DNA of 45,434 nucleotides from Gammaproteobacteria bacterium (GCA_049664445.1 JBATFE010000064.1:1-45434), one strand, 5' to 3'. Positions 1 to 10,162 are shown, counted from the stretch's first letter. The notes: a model not told the origin generated them from the letters alone. A program made the numbers and translations.

Positions 1-1475
1 AATCCGCACTGCAGGGCAGCGCGCTGCCGGAGACTGAATTACTGAAAACGGCCCAGTATATAGTGGTTGAAACGGACCTCTTTAATGTCAGGATTGACAC
101 CACCGGTGGTGATTTGCGGCAGGCCGACCTGCTTGCCTATCGTGCGACGACTGAAGCCGATTCCCCGCCGTTTCGTCTCTTGAATGATGAACTGCCGAAC
201 CTGTTTGTTATTCAGTCGGGGTTACGCGCCAGTGTCGGCACCGAGCCCACGCATCACGTCGTCTTTACTCCCGAACAGACAAGCTATCGCATGGGCGAGG
301 CGGATGATACGCTGGTGGTACCCATGACCTGGCGCAGTCCGGAAGGTGTCAAGGTCACCAAGCGTTACGTCTTCCACCGCGGCAGTTATGCCATCGACCT
401 GCAGCACGAGGTACACAATCAAAGTGGCGCAGACTGGCACGGCCGGCAGTACCGCCAGTTGCAGCGCACCCAGGTCGCGGAGACCGGTCAGAGCACGTTT
501 ATCTACACCTATATGGGCGGTGTGATCTACAGCCCGGAAGAAAAGTACGAAAAAATCAAATTCGATGACATGGTCGACAGCGATCTCGACCGTACCATTA
601 CGGATGGCTGGGCGGCGATGTTGCAGCATTACTTCCTCGGTGCGCTGATACCTGCACGCGGTGAAGCGGACCGCTATTACACCAAGACCCTCAGCAATGC
701 CCGTTATGTCATCGGCATGATCTCCCCGGGCCAAACGGTTGCAGCCGGTGATGCTGCCCTGTTCGAAACACAAATCTTCATCGGACCAAAACTGCAGGAC
801 GAGATGAAGCAGGTAGCGCCCGGACTGGAACTGACGGTCGATTACGGCCTGCTGACGGTGCTGGCACAACCGCTGTTCTGGTTGCTGAAGACCATCCATG
901 GCCTGGTCGGCAACTGGGGCTGGGCCATCGTACTGGTGACGGTGCTGATCAAGCTGGCGTTCTACAAGCTCTCGGAAACCAGCTACAAATCCATGGCCAA
1001 CATGCGCAAGCTGGCACCCCGCCTGAAGACGCTGAAGGAACGGTACGGTGACGATCGCCAGAAGCTGAATACGGCGATGATGGATCTCTACAAGAAGGAA
1101 AAGATCAACCCACTCGGTGGTTGCTTGCCCATCGTGGTACAGATCCCGGTGTTTATTTCCCTTTACTGGGTATTGCTGGAAAGCGTCGAATTGCGGCACG
1201 CGCCCTTTATCCTCTGGATCACGGACATGTCCTCCCCGGACCCCTACTACATCCTGCCGTTGTTGATGGGTGTCACCATGCTGATTCAGCAGAAACTGAA
1301 CCCGGCACCAATGGACCCCATCCAGGCCAAGGTGATGATGGCCCTGCCGGTTGTATTCACGGTGTTCTTTGCCTTTTTCCCGTCCGGACTGGTGCTCTAC
1401 TGGGTGGCCAACAACACCCTCTCCATTGCCCAGCAATGGGTGATTACGCGGCGCATCGAGCGCGGCGGGAAATAG
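1..1475 (+). CDS. yidC: Membrane protein insertase YidC, 5'-truncated by the window edge
   Basis: The frame is open from nt 3 to the stop at 1473-1475, with no stop upstream of the tracked GTG at 63. A periplasmic domain is followed by the conserved TM core (KLSETSYKSMANMRKLAPRLKTLKERYGDDRQKLNTAMMDLYKKEKINPLGGCLPIVVQIPVFISLYWVL). mnmE follows directly, as in most Proteobacteria. Confidence 0.93.
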   Translation, partial: SALQGSALPETELLKTAQYIVVETDLFNVRIDTTGGDLRQADLLAYRATTEADSPPFRLLNDELPNLFVIQSGLRASVGTEPTHHVVFTPEQTSYRMGEADDTLVVPMTWRSPEGVKVTKRYVFHRGSYAIDLQHEVHNQSGADWHGRQYRQLQRTQVAETGQSTFIYTYMGGVIYSPEEKYEKIKFDDMVDSDLDRTITDGWAAMLQHYFLGALIPARGEADRYYTKTLSNARYVIGMISPGQTVAAGDAALFETQIFIGPKLQDEMKQVAPGLELTVDYGLLTVLAQPLFWLLKTIHGLVGNWGWAIVLVTVLIKLAFYKLSETSYKSMANMRKLAPRLKTLKERYGDDRQKLNTAMMDLYKKEKINPLGGCLPIVVQIPVFISLYWVLLESVELRHAPFILWITDMSSPDPYYILPLLMGVTMLIQQKLNPAPMDPIQAKVMMALPVVFTVFFAFFPSGLVLYWVANNTLSIAQQWVITRRIERGGK

Positions 1476-1490
1476 CCCCGGTCCACGCGT

Positions 1491-2846
1491 GTGGTCACAA
1501 CGACCACGGACACCATTGCAGCAATCGCGACCCCGCCCGGTCCTGGCGGGGTGGGTATCGTGCGCCTCTCCGGCGCGGATACCCCGGCCATTGCGCAACA
1601 ACTGCTGGGTCGCTTGCCACGGCAACGGCGCGCCGAATTCCACCGCTTCAGGGAAGGCGATGGCACCCTGATTGACGAGGGCCTGGTGCTGTATTTCAAG
1701 GCGCCCGCCTCGTTCACCGGCGAACACGTGCTCGAATTGCACGGTCACGGTGGCCCGGTGGTCATGGACAGTCTGCTGCGCCGGGTATTGGCACTGGGCG
1801 CGCGCCCTGCCCGTCCCGGTGAATTTTCCGAGCGCGCCTTCCTCAATAACAAACTGGACCTGGCACAGGCAGAGGCCATAGCCGACCTGATCGAAAGCGC
1901 CACCACCGCGGCTGCGCGTGCGGCCGCGCGTTCCCTGCAGGGTGAGTTTTCCAGTCGGGTGCACGCCCTGGTGGAGCGCCTGACGCGGCTGCGCATGTAC
2001 GTGGAGGCCGCGATAGATTTCCCGGAAGAGGAAATCGATTTCCTCTCGGATGACACCATTACGCAGATGCTGGCGGCAGTGCGTGCCGAGTTTGATGACA
2101 TGCGCGCGCGCGCCCGGCAGGGCCAACTGTTACGCGATGGCATGACGCTGGTGATTGCCGGTCGCCCGAATGCCGGAAAATCCAGCCTGCTGAATGCCCT
2201 AACCGGCCATGATGCTGCGATCGTCACCGAGATTCCCGGCACCACCCGTGACGTGTTGCGTGAACATATCCAGATCGACGGCCTGCCACTGCATATCATC
2301 GATACCGCCGGTCTGCACGCAAGCGACGACCCGGTGGAACTGGCCGGCATGCAGCGTGCCCGCATGGCGCTGGAACAGGCCGACCGGGTGTTGCTGGTGA
2401 TCGATGACCCGACAGGTTTTACGGCTGCCGATGCGGCCATTCTTGATGCCTTGCCGCAGGGTGTCCCGCATACCCTGATATTCAACAAGATCGATCTGAG
2501 CGGGCGCGCCGCGGCTGTCAGTGAGCATAACGGGCATCCCTCGATCGCGCTCTCCGTGCTCAGCGGTGCCGGTCTCGAACTGTTGCGCCAGCACCTGAAA
2601 CAATGTGTCGGTTACAGCGATCAGGCCGGCGGCAGCTTTACGGCACGCCGCCGCCATGTGGAGGCCCTGCGACGCGCCTATGAACATGTTGAAGCCGGAC
2701 AGCGGCAACTTGAACAACAGCGCGCCGGCGAATTGCTTGCCGAGGAACTGCGCCAGGCACAACAGGTGCTGGGTGAAATTACCGGCGAGGTCAGCAGCGA
2801 TGACCTGCTGGGCCGCATCTTCAGCAGTTTTTGTATTGGCAAGTGA
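1491..2846 (+). CDS. mnmE: tRNA modification GTPase MnmE/TrmE
   Basis: GTG start 16 nt after the yidC stop. N-terminus [21 protein letters not shown]-domain motifs [18 protein letters not shown] and NKID. C-terminal CIGK tetrapeptide typical of MnmE. Confidence 0.95.
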   Translation: MVTTTTDTIAAIATPPGPGGVGIVRLSGADTPAIAQQLLGRLPRQRRAEFHRFREGDGTLIDEGLVLYFKAPASFTGEHVLELHGHGGPVVMDSLLRRVLALGARPARPGEFSERAFLNNKLDLAQAEAIADLIESATTAAARAAARSLQGEFSSRVHALVERLTRLRMYVEAAIDFPEEEIDFLSDDTITQMLAAVRAEFDDMRARARQGQLLRDGMTLVIAGRPNAGKSSLLNALTGHDAAIVTEIPGTTRDVLREHIQIDGLPLHIIDTAGLHASDDPVELAGMQRARMALEQADRVLLVIDDPTGFTAADAAILDALPQGVPHTLIFNKIDLSGRAAAVSEHNGHPSIALSVLSGAGLELLRQHLKQCVGYSDQAGGSFTARRRHVEALRRAYEHVEAGQRQLEQQRAGELLAEELRQAQQVLGEITGEVSSDDLLGRIFSSFCIGK

Positions 2847-2922
2847 GTGGCAGCCGGCTGTCGGCCCTCGGCAGTCGCTGTGCCCTGCCCTGCAGCACCT
2901 GATTTTATAACTATCAATAGTT

Positions 2923-2950
2923 TGATAGATCCCTATAAAAATATATAACC
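2923..2950 (+). promoter_or_regulatory. Candidate sigma70 promoter, TTGATA-16 nt-TATAAC, upstream of the 3001 methyltransferase
   Basis: Hexamers read directly at 2923-2928 and 2945-2950 in an AT-rich intergenic stretch about 50 nt upstream of the ATG at 3001. This is a motif match only. Confidence 0.3.
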
Positions 2951-3000
2951 AATTGTTATTATTGCACTAGTAGATTCCTGGCCGTTGAGAAGAGTACGCG

Positions 3001-3885
3001 ATGCCTGATAACGAAAAGATGTCTTCCCGGGAACTCGGACTGGTGCTGGCGCAACAGATACTGGCTGTGGAGGACCTGCACTACGGCCTCTGGGACCCGG
3101 ATCTGGAGCTCTCACTCGGCAATGTTGCCCTTGCCCAGCAGCGCTATACCGACCGGGTGCTGCAGCAGGTTGATGCGCTGCTGGCCGACTGCCCTGCCCC
3201 GCGCATCCTCGACGTTGGCTGTGGCACCGGTCATATGCTGCAGTTGTTGCTCGAGCGCGGTTATGCCGTCGATGCCGTCAATCCGTCTGCCGAGTTAAAC
3301 CGGCAGGTGCGCGCCCGCCTGGCGGCCATGGAACCTGCAGACTGCACGCTGTTCGCATCCGATTTCGAGTCCCTGCCCCTGTCGACCTGCCAACACCGCT
3401 ATGACCTGTTGGTATTCAGCGAAAGCTTTCAGTACATCCCGCTGGCGGAGATCTTTGCAAAGAGCCCGCTGCTGCTGAAACCCGGTGGACAGTTGCTTAT
3501 TAGTGATTTTTTCAAGACACCGGCGCATGGAGACGGGGCTGCGGGCGATCACAGTTTCAGTGGCGGTCACCTCCTCGGTCTTTTTTATGACGGCGTCTCG
3601 GCCTCGCCGTTCAGCCTGCGCCAGGATGAGGACCTCACCCCGCGTATCAGTCCGAATATCGCGTTACTGGACGAGTGGTTAATGCAACGCTTGTTGCCGG
3701 CATCGAGGTCGATCGACCGCTTTCTGCACGACCGCTACCCGCGGCTGACCCCGCTCATCAAATGGCTGGCACGACACAAGCTGGAACGTTTGCACTACAA
3801 GTACTTTTCAGGCTACCGCAGCCAGGCCGTCTTTGAGAAATACAAAAGTTACCGCTTGCTGGTGTTGCAACTGGAAACACGCTAA
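3001..3885 (+). CDS. Class I SAM-dependent methyltransferase, substrate unknown
   Basis: 294 aa with SAM-binding motif I ILDVGCGTGHMLQLLLERGY and the downstream pattern of class I methyltransferases. No finer family recognised. Confidence 0.8.
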   Translation: MPDNEKMSSRELGLVLAQQILAVEDLHYGLWDPDLELSLGNVALAQQRYTDRVLQQVDALLADCPAPRILDVGCGTGHMLQLLLERGYAVDAVNPSAELNRQVRARLAAMEPADCTLFASDFESLPLSTCQHRYDLLVFSESFQYIPLAEIFAKSPLLLKPGGQLLISDFFKTPAHGDGAAGDHSFSGGHLLGLFYDGVSASPFSLRQDEDLTPRISPNIALLDEWLMQRLLPASRSIDRFLHDRYPRLTPLIKWLARHKLERLHYKYFSGYRSQAVFEKYKSYRLLVLQLETR

Positions 3886-4202
3886 TGGCAAGGCTGCAGC
3901 GGATAGCAACAGGTATTAAATAAAGTAAGCATTATATTTGAGGTTGTATTGAGAATTAGTAAGAGGCAAAATGCCATCATATAATGCTTTAATTAGTGAA
4001 GTGCCTAAAATTACCACTAACTTTAAAAAAATAATACATTGATATAATTGAGATATTCAGTACGCAGGGCCTGACTGGAGGTAAAAAATGGTTCAAAATA
4101 TCCGTCCAAGGGTCAATCCCTATAAAAACTGTGTGTTTTCCAGGGGATAGTAAGCCATTCAGTCGGAATTTTATAACCCCTTGTTTAAATGTTATTTTTA
4201 TT

Positions 4203-4218
4203 TATACTGCAAAGTATA
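4203..4218. promoter_or_regulatory. 16-bp palindrome TATACT-gcaa-AGTATA, a candidate TetR operator overlapping a -10-like hexamer
   Basis: Perfect 6-bp inverted arms with a 4-bp spacer, 22-37 nt upstream of the TetR ATG (4240). TATACT is itself -10-like. The AT-rich context raises the chance expectation. Confidence 0.35.
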
Positions 4219-4239
4219 TTTTTAGGGTAGGCTTTATTG

Positions 4240-4905
4240 ATGTCCAGTCCAACACGCCCCTCATTGCGCGAGCGCAAGTTTGCCAAGACCCGCCTGGCAC
4301 TGGCCGAGGCAGCCTCACACCATCTCGAGGCGGCTTCCTTTGAAGCGCTGTCGGTCAAGTCACTGTGTGAGCGGGTACAAATATCAGAGGCAACCTTCTT
4401 CAATTATTTTCCGAAGAAAGAAGACCTGATTGTGTACCTCGATCGTCTATGGACACTGGAGCTTAACTGGTATGGTCAGCAGGCGATGCGGCAACACCAG
4501 GGCCTGGCCGTTATCGACGCGCTGTTTCGCTACACCTCGATACAGATCCAGAAGAAACCCGGTTTGGTGGGCGAGATCATTGCCCACGAAGCGCGCAGCC
4601 GTACACGACATCAGGGACCGGCCATCACCGTTGCGGAACGCATGCTGGCCTTTTCGGATCTGGATGGCATAGTGGACACGCCGGATGACAGTCTCGAGGG
4701 TTTGTTGCGCGATTCATTGCAGACGGCCATCGAGCAAGGGGAATTGCCGGAAAATATCGCGATGTCGGCCGCCATGGTGGGTCTGGTATCGATCTTTTAC
4801 GGCGTACCGCTGGCGCTGCAGCATAGTAACCCGGCGGCCATTGCGGCCATGTACCGTCAACAGCTGGAACTGTTATGGAAGGGCTTGCGGGTGGCTGCAG
4901 GGTAG
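4240..4905 (+). CDS. TetR/AcrR family transcriptional regulator
   Basis: N-terminal TetR-type HTH (FEALSVKSLCERVQISEATFFNYFPKKEDL) followed by a helical ligand-binding-like C-terminus. The ATG at 4240 is preferred over the adjacent TTG at 4237. Confidence 0.85.
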   Translation: MSSPTRPSLRERKFAKTRLALAEAASHHLEAASFEALSVKSLCERVQISEATFFNYFPKKEDLIVYLDRLWTLELNWYGQQAMRQHQGLAVIDALFRYTSIQIQKKPGLVGEIIAHEARSRTRHQGPAITVAERMLAFSDLDGIVDTPDDSLEGLLRDSLQTAIEQGELPENIAMSAAMVGLVSIFYGVPLALQHSNPAAIAAMYRQQLELLWKGLRVAAG

Positions 4906-4959
4906 GGTGCAGGCAGTGGTTACAGTCGGGGCCCTTGTCTTACAGGCCGTCGTAAAAAA

Positions 4960-5580
4960 TCAGTGACGGCGCTGGCCACGGGCCTTGTCGAGGGATTCAT
5001 GCCAGGCGGCCATGAAGGCTTGCCACCAGTGCGGTTGACTATCCAGCCACCAATGCCGGTAGGACTCGTTGAACGCCGCCAGTATTGCGGGCGCTGTTGT
5101 TGATTTTAATTTTGCATAGCCTTGCTTGAGCGCGACTTTCAACGTGGGCTTGGCCATCATCTGCAACATGTTGTACTCACGTTGTTTGGCGGCCCACAGT
5201 TCATTGTTTATGTTGTGCTCCAGCAATTTCATGCGCTGTTTGAGCTTTTCGAGGTCGCGTGCGGCCACCTCATCACCGAGTACCTCGGTACGGGCCTTGA
5301 TACGCTGCTCCAGCACCTCGATGCGCTGCTGCAACTGCTCCAGGTCGATCGGTTTGCGGAGCACTGCAGGCGTAACCGTGGATTTGAGCGGGTAGACCCT
5401 GGCCTTTTTGAGTGGCGCACGGTTTGTCCTGGGTGTCCGGCTGGTGGCCGGAGCGGGCGGGGAGGGTGCCCTGGCGCTTTCAGGAACCTTGAAGGGTTTT
5501 GCGGCATCGGGTCGCGATTGCTGCCTGGTCGGGACAGGATTGGCCCCGCCTTCATCAAGGCCGAACTCAAGAAGTCTCAT
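4960..5580 (-). CDS. Hypothetical protein with a Pro/Arg-rich N-terminus and a central coiled coil
   Basis: 206-aa ORF with heptad-like IDLEQLQQRIEVLEQRIKARTEVL...LEKLKQRMKLLEH and a Trp-rich C-terminus (HWWLDSQPHWWQAFMAAWH). No family recognised. The coding call rests on length and on its position between flanking genes. Confidence 0.5.
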   Translation of the reverse strand: MRLLEFGLDEGGANPVPTRQQSRPDAAKPFKVPESARAPSPPAPATSRTPRTNRAPLKKARVYPLKSTVTPAVLRKPIDLEQLQQRIEVLEQRIKARTEVLGDEVAARDLEKLKQRMKLLEHNINNELWAAKQREYNMLQMMAKPTLKVALKQGYAKLKSTTAPAILAAFNESYRHWWLDSQPHWWQAFMAAWHESLDKARGQRRH

Positions 5581-5735
5581 ACCTGATACCTTATGTTGTG
5601 TGTATCGTCGAATACTAACACAATATATTCCAATTCATAGTCTTGAAGAGCAGTTTTTTCAGGTACTTGGGGAGTGATTGCCCCGCTTTTGGGCAGCAGC
5701 GTAAACTCAGCTTATTTTTTATCGGGTGAAACAGG

Positions 5736-7628
5736 ATGTCGGACAGCGCCAAACAATATGATGTCATCGTCGTCGGTGGCGGCCATGCCGGTACCGAGGC
5801 CGCACTGGCTGCCGCGAGGGCAGGGGCGCGTACGCTGCTGTTGACGCATAATCTGGAAACGCTGGGGCAGATGAGTTGCAACCCGGCGATCGGCGGCATC
5901 GGTAAAAGCCATCTGGTGAAGGAAATCGATGCCCTTGGCGGTCTCATGGCACGGGCCGCGGACCAGGCCGCCATACAGTTGCGGGTGCTGAATGCCAGCA
6001 AGGGCCCGGCTGTGCGCGCGACGCGTGCCCAGGCCGACAGGGTGCTCTACCGGCGGGCGGTGCGGCGCGTACTGGAGAATCAGCCCGGTCTGCAGTTGTT
6101 CCAGCAGGAAGTGGCCGATCTGATTGTGGACGGTGAGCGGGTGTCGGGTGTGGTCACGGGCATGGGGCTGAAATTTCATGCCGCGGCAGTGGTCCTGACC
6201 GTGGGCACCTTTCTCGGTGGTCGCATCCACATCGGGCCAAGCAACTATGCCGGGGGGCGTGCCGGTGATCCGCCGGCCACTGCGCTGGCAGCGCGCCTGC
6301 GGGAGTTACCGTTACGTGTCGAGCGCCTGAAGACCGGCACACCGCCGCGGCTGGACGGTCGCAGCATCGATTACAGCCAGTTGCAGGCGCAGCCGGGCGA
6401 CCAGCCGTTACCGGTGATGTCGTTTCTCGGCAGCGCCGCCGACCATCCGCGCCAGGTGGATTGCCATATCACCCGCACCAATGAACGCACGCACGAAATT
6501 ATTGCCAGCGGCCTGCACGATTCACCCCTCTACAGTGGCGCGATTGCGGGCACCGGTCCACGTTACTGCCCGTCCATTGAAGACAAGGTGGTGCGCTTTG
6601 CCGACAAGTCCTCGCACCAGATATTCGTCGAGCCGGAGGGGCTGGATACCCATGAGGTGTATCCCAATGGCATCTCCACCAGCCTGTCCTACGCCGTGCA
6701 ACAGTCGCTGGTGCATTCCATTGCCGGTTTTGAAAACGCCCATATCACACGGCCCGGCTATGCCATTGAATACGATTTCTTTGACCCGCGCGATTTACGC
6801 CATTCACTGGAAACCAAGCTCATCCTGGGGCTGTATTTTGCAGGACAGATCAACGGCACGACCGGTTACGAGGAGGCGGCCGCACAGGGCCTGCTGGCCG
6901 GGCTGAATGCCGCACGCCAGGCACAGGGCCAGCCGCCCTGGTTGCCGCGCCGTGACGAGGCCTATCTCGGTGTACTGGTCGATGACCTGGTGACCTGTGG
7001 CACCAGCGAACCCTATCGCATGTTCACCAGTCGTGCCGAGTACCGCTTGCTGTTGCGCCAGGATAATGCCGATTTACGCCTCACTGCGGTTGGCCGCGAG
7101 CTGGGACTGGTCGACGAGCGGCGCTGGCGACGGTTTTGCGCGCGGCGTGAGGCCATTGAGCATGAGCAGCAGCGGCTGGCGTCCCTGTGTGTGCAGCCGA
7201 ACTCGGCACAGGCAGAGGCGCTGGCGGAGATACTGGAAAAGCCGCTGCAGCGGGAGTTGCGTGCCAGCGAGTTATTGCGTCGACCGGAGATGGATTACCG
7301 CTCACTGACGGCGATTGCCGGTATCGGACCCGGGGTCGATGAGGAAGACGTCGCCGAGCAGGTCGAGACACAGGCGAAGTATGCCGGCTACCTCGATCGG
7401 CAGCACGCGGAGATAGTTCGCCAGCAACGACACCAGGATCAACCATTGCCAGTGGATTTCGATTACACTATGGTGCGGGGGCTCTCCAATGAAGCGTGTG
7501 AAAAACTGCAAGTGGTCAGACCGGAAACCATTGGCCAGGCGGCACGCATACCGGGAATTACACCAGCAGCCGTGTCATTGTTGCTGGTACACATAAAAAA
7601 ATTCAAGACAGCACGCCTGAGTGCTTGA
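5736..7628 (+). CDS. mnmG: tRNA uridine 5-carboxymethylaminomethyl modification enzyme MnmG/GidA
   Basis: FAD-binding N-terminus [21 protein letters not shown]. 630 aa, with GidA-like sequence along the whole length. rsmG lies immediately downstream. Confidence 0.97.
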   Translation: MSDSAKQYDVIVVGGGHAGTEAALAAARAGARTLLLTHNLETLGQMSCNPAIGGIGKSHLVKEIDALGGLMARAADQAAIQLRVLNASKGPAVRATRAQADRVLYRRAVRRVLENQPGLQLFQQEVADLIVDGERVSGVVTGMGLKFHAAAVVLTVGTFLGGRIHIGPSNYAGGRAGDPPATALAARLRELPLRVERLKTGTPPRLDGRSIDYSQLQAQPGDQPLPVMSFLGSAADHPRQVDCHITRTNERTHEIIASGLHDSPLYSGAIAGTGPRYCPSIEDKVVRFADKSSHQIFVEPEGLDTHEVYPNGISTSLSYAVQQSLVHSIAGFENAHITRPGYAIEYDFFDPRDLRHSLETKLILGLYFAGQINGTTGYEEAAAQGLLAGLNAARQAQGQPPWLPRRDEAYLGVLVDDLVTCGTSEPYRMFTSRAEYRLLLRQDNADLRLTAVGRELGLVDERRWRRFCARREAIEHEQQRLASLCVQPNSAQAEALAEILEKPLQRELRASELLRRPEMDYRSLTAIAGIGPGVDEEDVAEQVETQAKYAGYLDRQHAEIVRQQRHQDQPLPVDFDYTMVRGLSNEACEKLQVVRPETIGQAARIPGITPAAVSLLLVHIKKFKTARLSA

Positions 7629-7657
7629 CGCGGGTACTTACATTTAAATGACAAGTC

Positions 7658-8350
7658 ATGCACACCGGACTCTATAACCGTAACCGCAAGGGACGCGGTC
7701 ACAACTTTGTCGATCCGGCGGAGTTGCTGGAGGACGGCATCTACGAGCTTGAACTGGAGGAACGTCTGGGCGGTGATGAGCTGCTGATGGATTATGTCAC
7801 CGAACTGATGAACTGGAACCGGGTCTATAACCTGACATCGGTACGCAAACCCACCGATATCGTCACCCGCCATATTCTCGATAGCCTCACCATTCTTCCC
7901 TACCTGCACGGCGATCGTATCCTGGACATCGGTACCGGTGCCGGATTGCCCGGTATTCCACTGGCGATCGCCTGCCCGGAACGCGAGTTCGTCTTGCTCG
8001 ACAGCAGCAGTAAAAAACTGCGCTTTGTGCAGCAGACACTCGCTATTCTGAAGCTTGAGAATGTCGCGCTTGAAGACAGCCGGGTCGAGGAATTCCAGCC
8101 CGAGGCGTTGTTTGATACCGTCATCTGCCGTGCCTTTTCCGATTTGCCTGATTTTTACCGCTATGCCGCGCGGCTCTGCAATGAAGGTGGCAAGCTGCTG
8201 GCCATGAAGGGTGTCTACCCGATGACCGAGGTGGAATGTCTGGATGACAAAGCGGTGATCGATGAGGTGGTGTCATTGAAAGTACCGGGGCTGGATGCCG
8301 AGCGGCACCTGGTCATCATGCATGTGGCAGAGCGTTCACAGGGTAGCTGA
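7658..8350 (+). CDS. rsmG: 16S rRNA (guanine527-N7)-methyltransferase RsmG/GidB
   Basis: Motifs NWNRVYNLTSVR, HILDS and ILDIGTGAGLPGIPLAI. The N-terminus is about 18 aa longer than E. coli RsmG as I remember it, so the true start may lie downstream of 7658. Confidence 0.9.
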   Translation: MHTGLYNRNRKGRGHNFVDPAELLEDGIYELELEERLGGDELLMDYVTELMNWNRVYNLTSVRKPTDIVTRHILDSLTILPYLHGDRILDIGTGAGLPGIPLAIACPEREFVLLDSSSKKLRFVQQTLAILKLENVALEDSRVEEFQPEALFDTVICRAFSDLPDFYRYAARLCNEGGKLLAMKGVYPMTEVECLDDKAVIDEVVSLKVPGLDAERHLVIMHVAERSQGS

Positions 8351-8352
8351 TC

Positions 8353-9192
8353 ATGGGACATATACTCGCAGTGACCAACCAGAAGGGCGGGGTAGGCAAG
8401 ACCACGACCAGTGTCAACCTGGCGGCGTCATTGACCGAGACCGGCCGCCGGGTATTGCTGGTTGACCTGGATGCCCAGGGTAATGCCACCATGGGCAGCG
8501 GCATCGACAAGTATGAGGTGCAACAGACCGGCTATGAACTGCTGATGGGGCACGCCAATATCCGCGATGTGATTGTCTATGCCGAGGATGCCGGTTATGA
8601 CCTGCTGCCGGGTAACAGTGACCTGACGGCGGCGGAAGTCGAACTGCTGGGGAAGGATGACCGCGAACGCCGACTGCGTGCGGCGTTGAGTTATGTACAG
8701 AATGACTATGACCTGATAGTGATTGACTGCCCGCCTTCCCTGAGCATGCTCACGGTGAATGCACTGGCCGCTGCCCACAGTGTACTGATTCCCATACAGT
8801 GTGAGTATTATGCGCTGGAAGGTCTGTCGGCCTTGCTCCACACCATCGAGCAGGTGCGCGCCAGCATCAATCCGGAGCTGGATATCGAGGGCTTGCTGCG
8901 CACCATGTACGATGCGCGCAACAATCTCTCGAATGACGTGTCGGCGCAGCTACAGGAACACTTTGGTGACAAGCTCTACCGCACCATTATCCCGCGTAAC
9001 GTGCGTCTCGCCGAGGCGCCCAGCCATGGTCTGCCGGTGCTGCGTTATGACAAGAGTTCACGCGGTGCTATTTCCTACCTCGCGCTGGCCGGTGAGTACC
9101 TGCGGCGGCATGCGCCGGCGGTGCCTGCAGAAACCAGCGAAACGGACGTGGATCGGGCAGAGCAGCCGGCGCCACAACGCTCACATCTTTAG
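8353..9192 (+). CDS. parA: Chromosome partitioning ATPase ParA/Soj
   Basis: Deviant Walker A in ILAVTNQKGGVGKTTTSVNLA. ATG 3 nt after the rsmG stop. parB follows. Confidence 0.95.
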   Translation: MGHILAVTNQKGGVGKTTTSVNLAASLTETGRRVLLVDLDAQGNATMGSGIDKYEVQQTGYELLMGHANIRDVIVYAEDAGYDLLPGNSDLTAAEVELLGKDDRERRLRAALSYVQNDYDLIVIDCPPSLSMLTVNALAAAHSVLIPIQCEYYALEGLSALLHTIEQVRASINPELDIEGLLRTMYDARNNLSNDVSAQLQEHFGDKLYRTIIPRNVRLAEAPSHGLPVLRYDKSSRGAISYLALAGEYLRRHAPAVPAETSETDVDRAEQPAPQRSHL

Positions 9193-9223
9193 AATACAGT
9201 GACAGACAAAAACGGTAACTGAC

Positions 9224-10162
9224 ATGGCAGCAAAGAAACGTGGATTGGGTCGGGGCCTGGATGCATTGCTGGGTTCGGCAGCACGGAGTGCGCCGGCAGC
9301 GGACAACCCGGCCGTGGCGGCGCCGCCGGAACTCCGCTCGGTGCCGACCTCGAATACGCCGGCAGTGGCAGCAACGACGTTGGCGGACGGTGCGCTGTGC
9401 ATGTTGCCGGTGGATGTGATCCAGCGTGGCAAGTACCAGCCGCGTCAGGACATGCACCAGGAATCACTGCAGGACCTTGCTGATTCCATTGCTGCGCAGG
9501 GCGTCGTACAGCCCATCGTGGTACGTGCGATTGCCGAAGGCCGTTACGAAATTATTGCCGGTGAGCGTCGCTGGCGCGCGGCGCAGCTGGCCGGTTTGCA
9601 CGAGATCCCGGCGGTGGTGCGGGAAGTGGAAGACCGTGCGGCCATTGCCATTGCCTTGATAGAAAACATCCAGCGCGAGGACCTCAACCCGCTGGAAGAG
9701 GCGAGGGCGCTGGAGCGCCTCATCAAGGAATTCGAGCTGACGCACGAACAGGCAGCGGAGGCCGTCGGTCGATCACGCGCCGCCGTCTCCAACCTGTTGC
9801 GTCTGCTGGATCTCGAGGGCGCCGTCAAGCAACTGGTCGAGAAGGGTGAGCTGGAGATGGGACATGCCCGCGCATTGCTGGCGCTCAGTGGTAAACAACA
9901 GCTGGAGGCCGCACGCCAGGTCGTCAGTCGCGGATTGACGGTGCGCGCCACCGAGGGGCTGGTGAAGTCGCTGCAGCGGCCGGCCCCGGCAAAGCCGGCC
10001 AGGGTTAGCAAAGACGTCAATATACAGCGCCTTGAAACCGACCTGACTGACACACTCGGTGCCCGTGTGGCCGTGCGACAGGGCCGTGGCGGCAAGGGCA
10101 AGCTGGAAATCTGTTACAACAGCCTTGATGAACTGGACGGTATCCTCGCGCATATCCGCTAA
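9224..10162 (+). CDS. parB: Chromosome partitioning protein ParB/Spo0J
   Basis: ParB box GERRWRAAQLAG and an HTH region (LTHEQAAEAVGRSRAAVSNLLRLL). Located directly downstream of parA. Confidence 0.95.
   Translation: MAAKKRGLGRGLDALLGSAARSAPAADNPAVAAPPELRSVPTSNTPAVAATTLADGALCMLPVDVIQRGKYQPRQDMHQESLQDLADSIAAQGVVQPIVVRAIAEGRYEIIAGERRWRAAQLAGLHEIPAVVREVEDRAAIAIALIENIQREDLNPLEEARALERLIKEFELTHEQAAEAVGRSRAAVSNLLRLLDLEGAVKQLVEKGELEMGHARALLALSGKQQLEAARQVVSRGLTVRATEGLVKSLQRPAPAKPARVSKDVNIQRLETDLTDTLGARVAVRQGRGGKGKLEICYNSLDELDGILAHIR

Noticed and set aside
222-2126. 634-aa ORF on the minus strand spanning yidC and mnmE.
   Set aside because: It is antisense to two unmistakable conserved genes. Its composition is Arg/Gly/His-rich and low-complexity, typical of shadow ORFs in high-GC DNA. 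It has no recognisable motif.
2930-4128. Exact 13-mer ATCCCTATAAAAA at 2930-2942 and 4116-4128, considered as a specific regulatory repeat.
   Set aside because: It is not significant on its own. Roughly (45 kb)^2/2 divided by 4^13 gives on the order of ten or more chance 13-mer pairs, and more in AT-rich DNA. I kept it only as a side note in the insertion finding.
3886-4236. AT-rich 350-bp spacer considered as a replication origin (oriC/DUE), given the gidA/mnmE neighbourhood.
   Set aside because: I found no TTATCCACA/TGTGGATAA-type DnaA boxes and no tandem 13-mer array. In Pseudomonas-like genomes oriC lies next to dnaA rather than gidA. The stretch is more likely promoter DNA or horizontally acquired spacer DNA.
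5718-5733. Possible parS site (consensus TGTTTCACGTGAAACA) near mnmG. A second candidate lies around 32759-32774.
   Set aside because: The best matches I could find by eye are 12 of 16 (perfect right half GTGAAACA, poor left half) and 11 of 16. That is not good enough to call. A proper pattern scan is needed.
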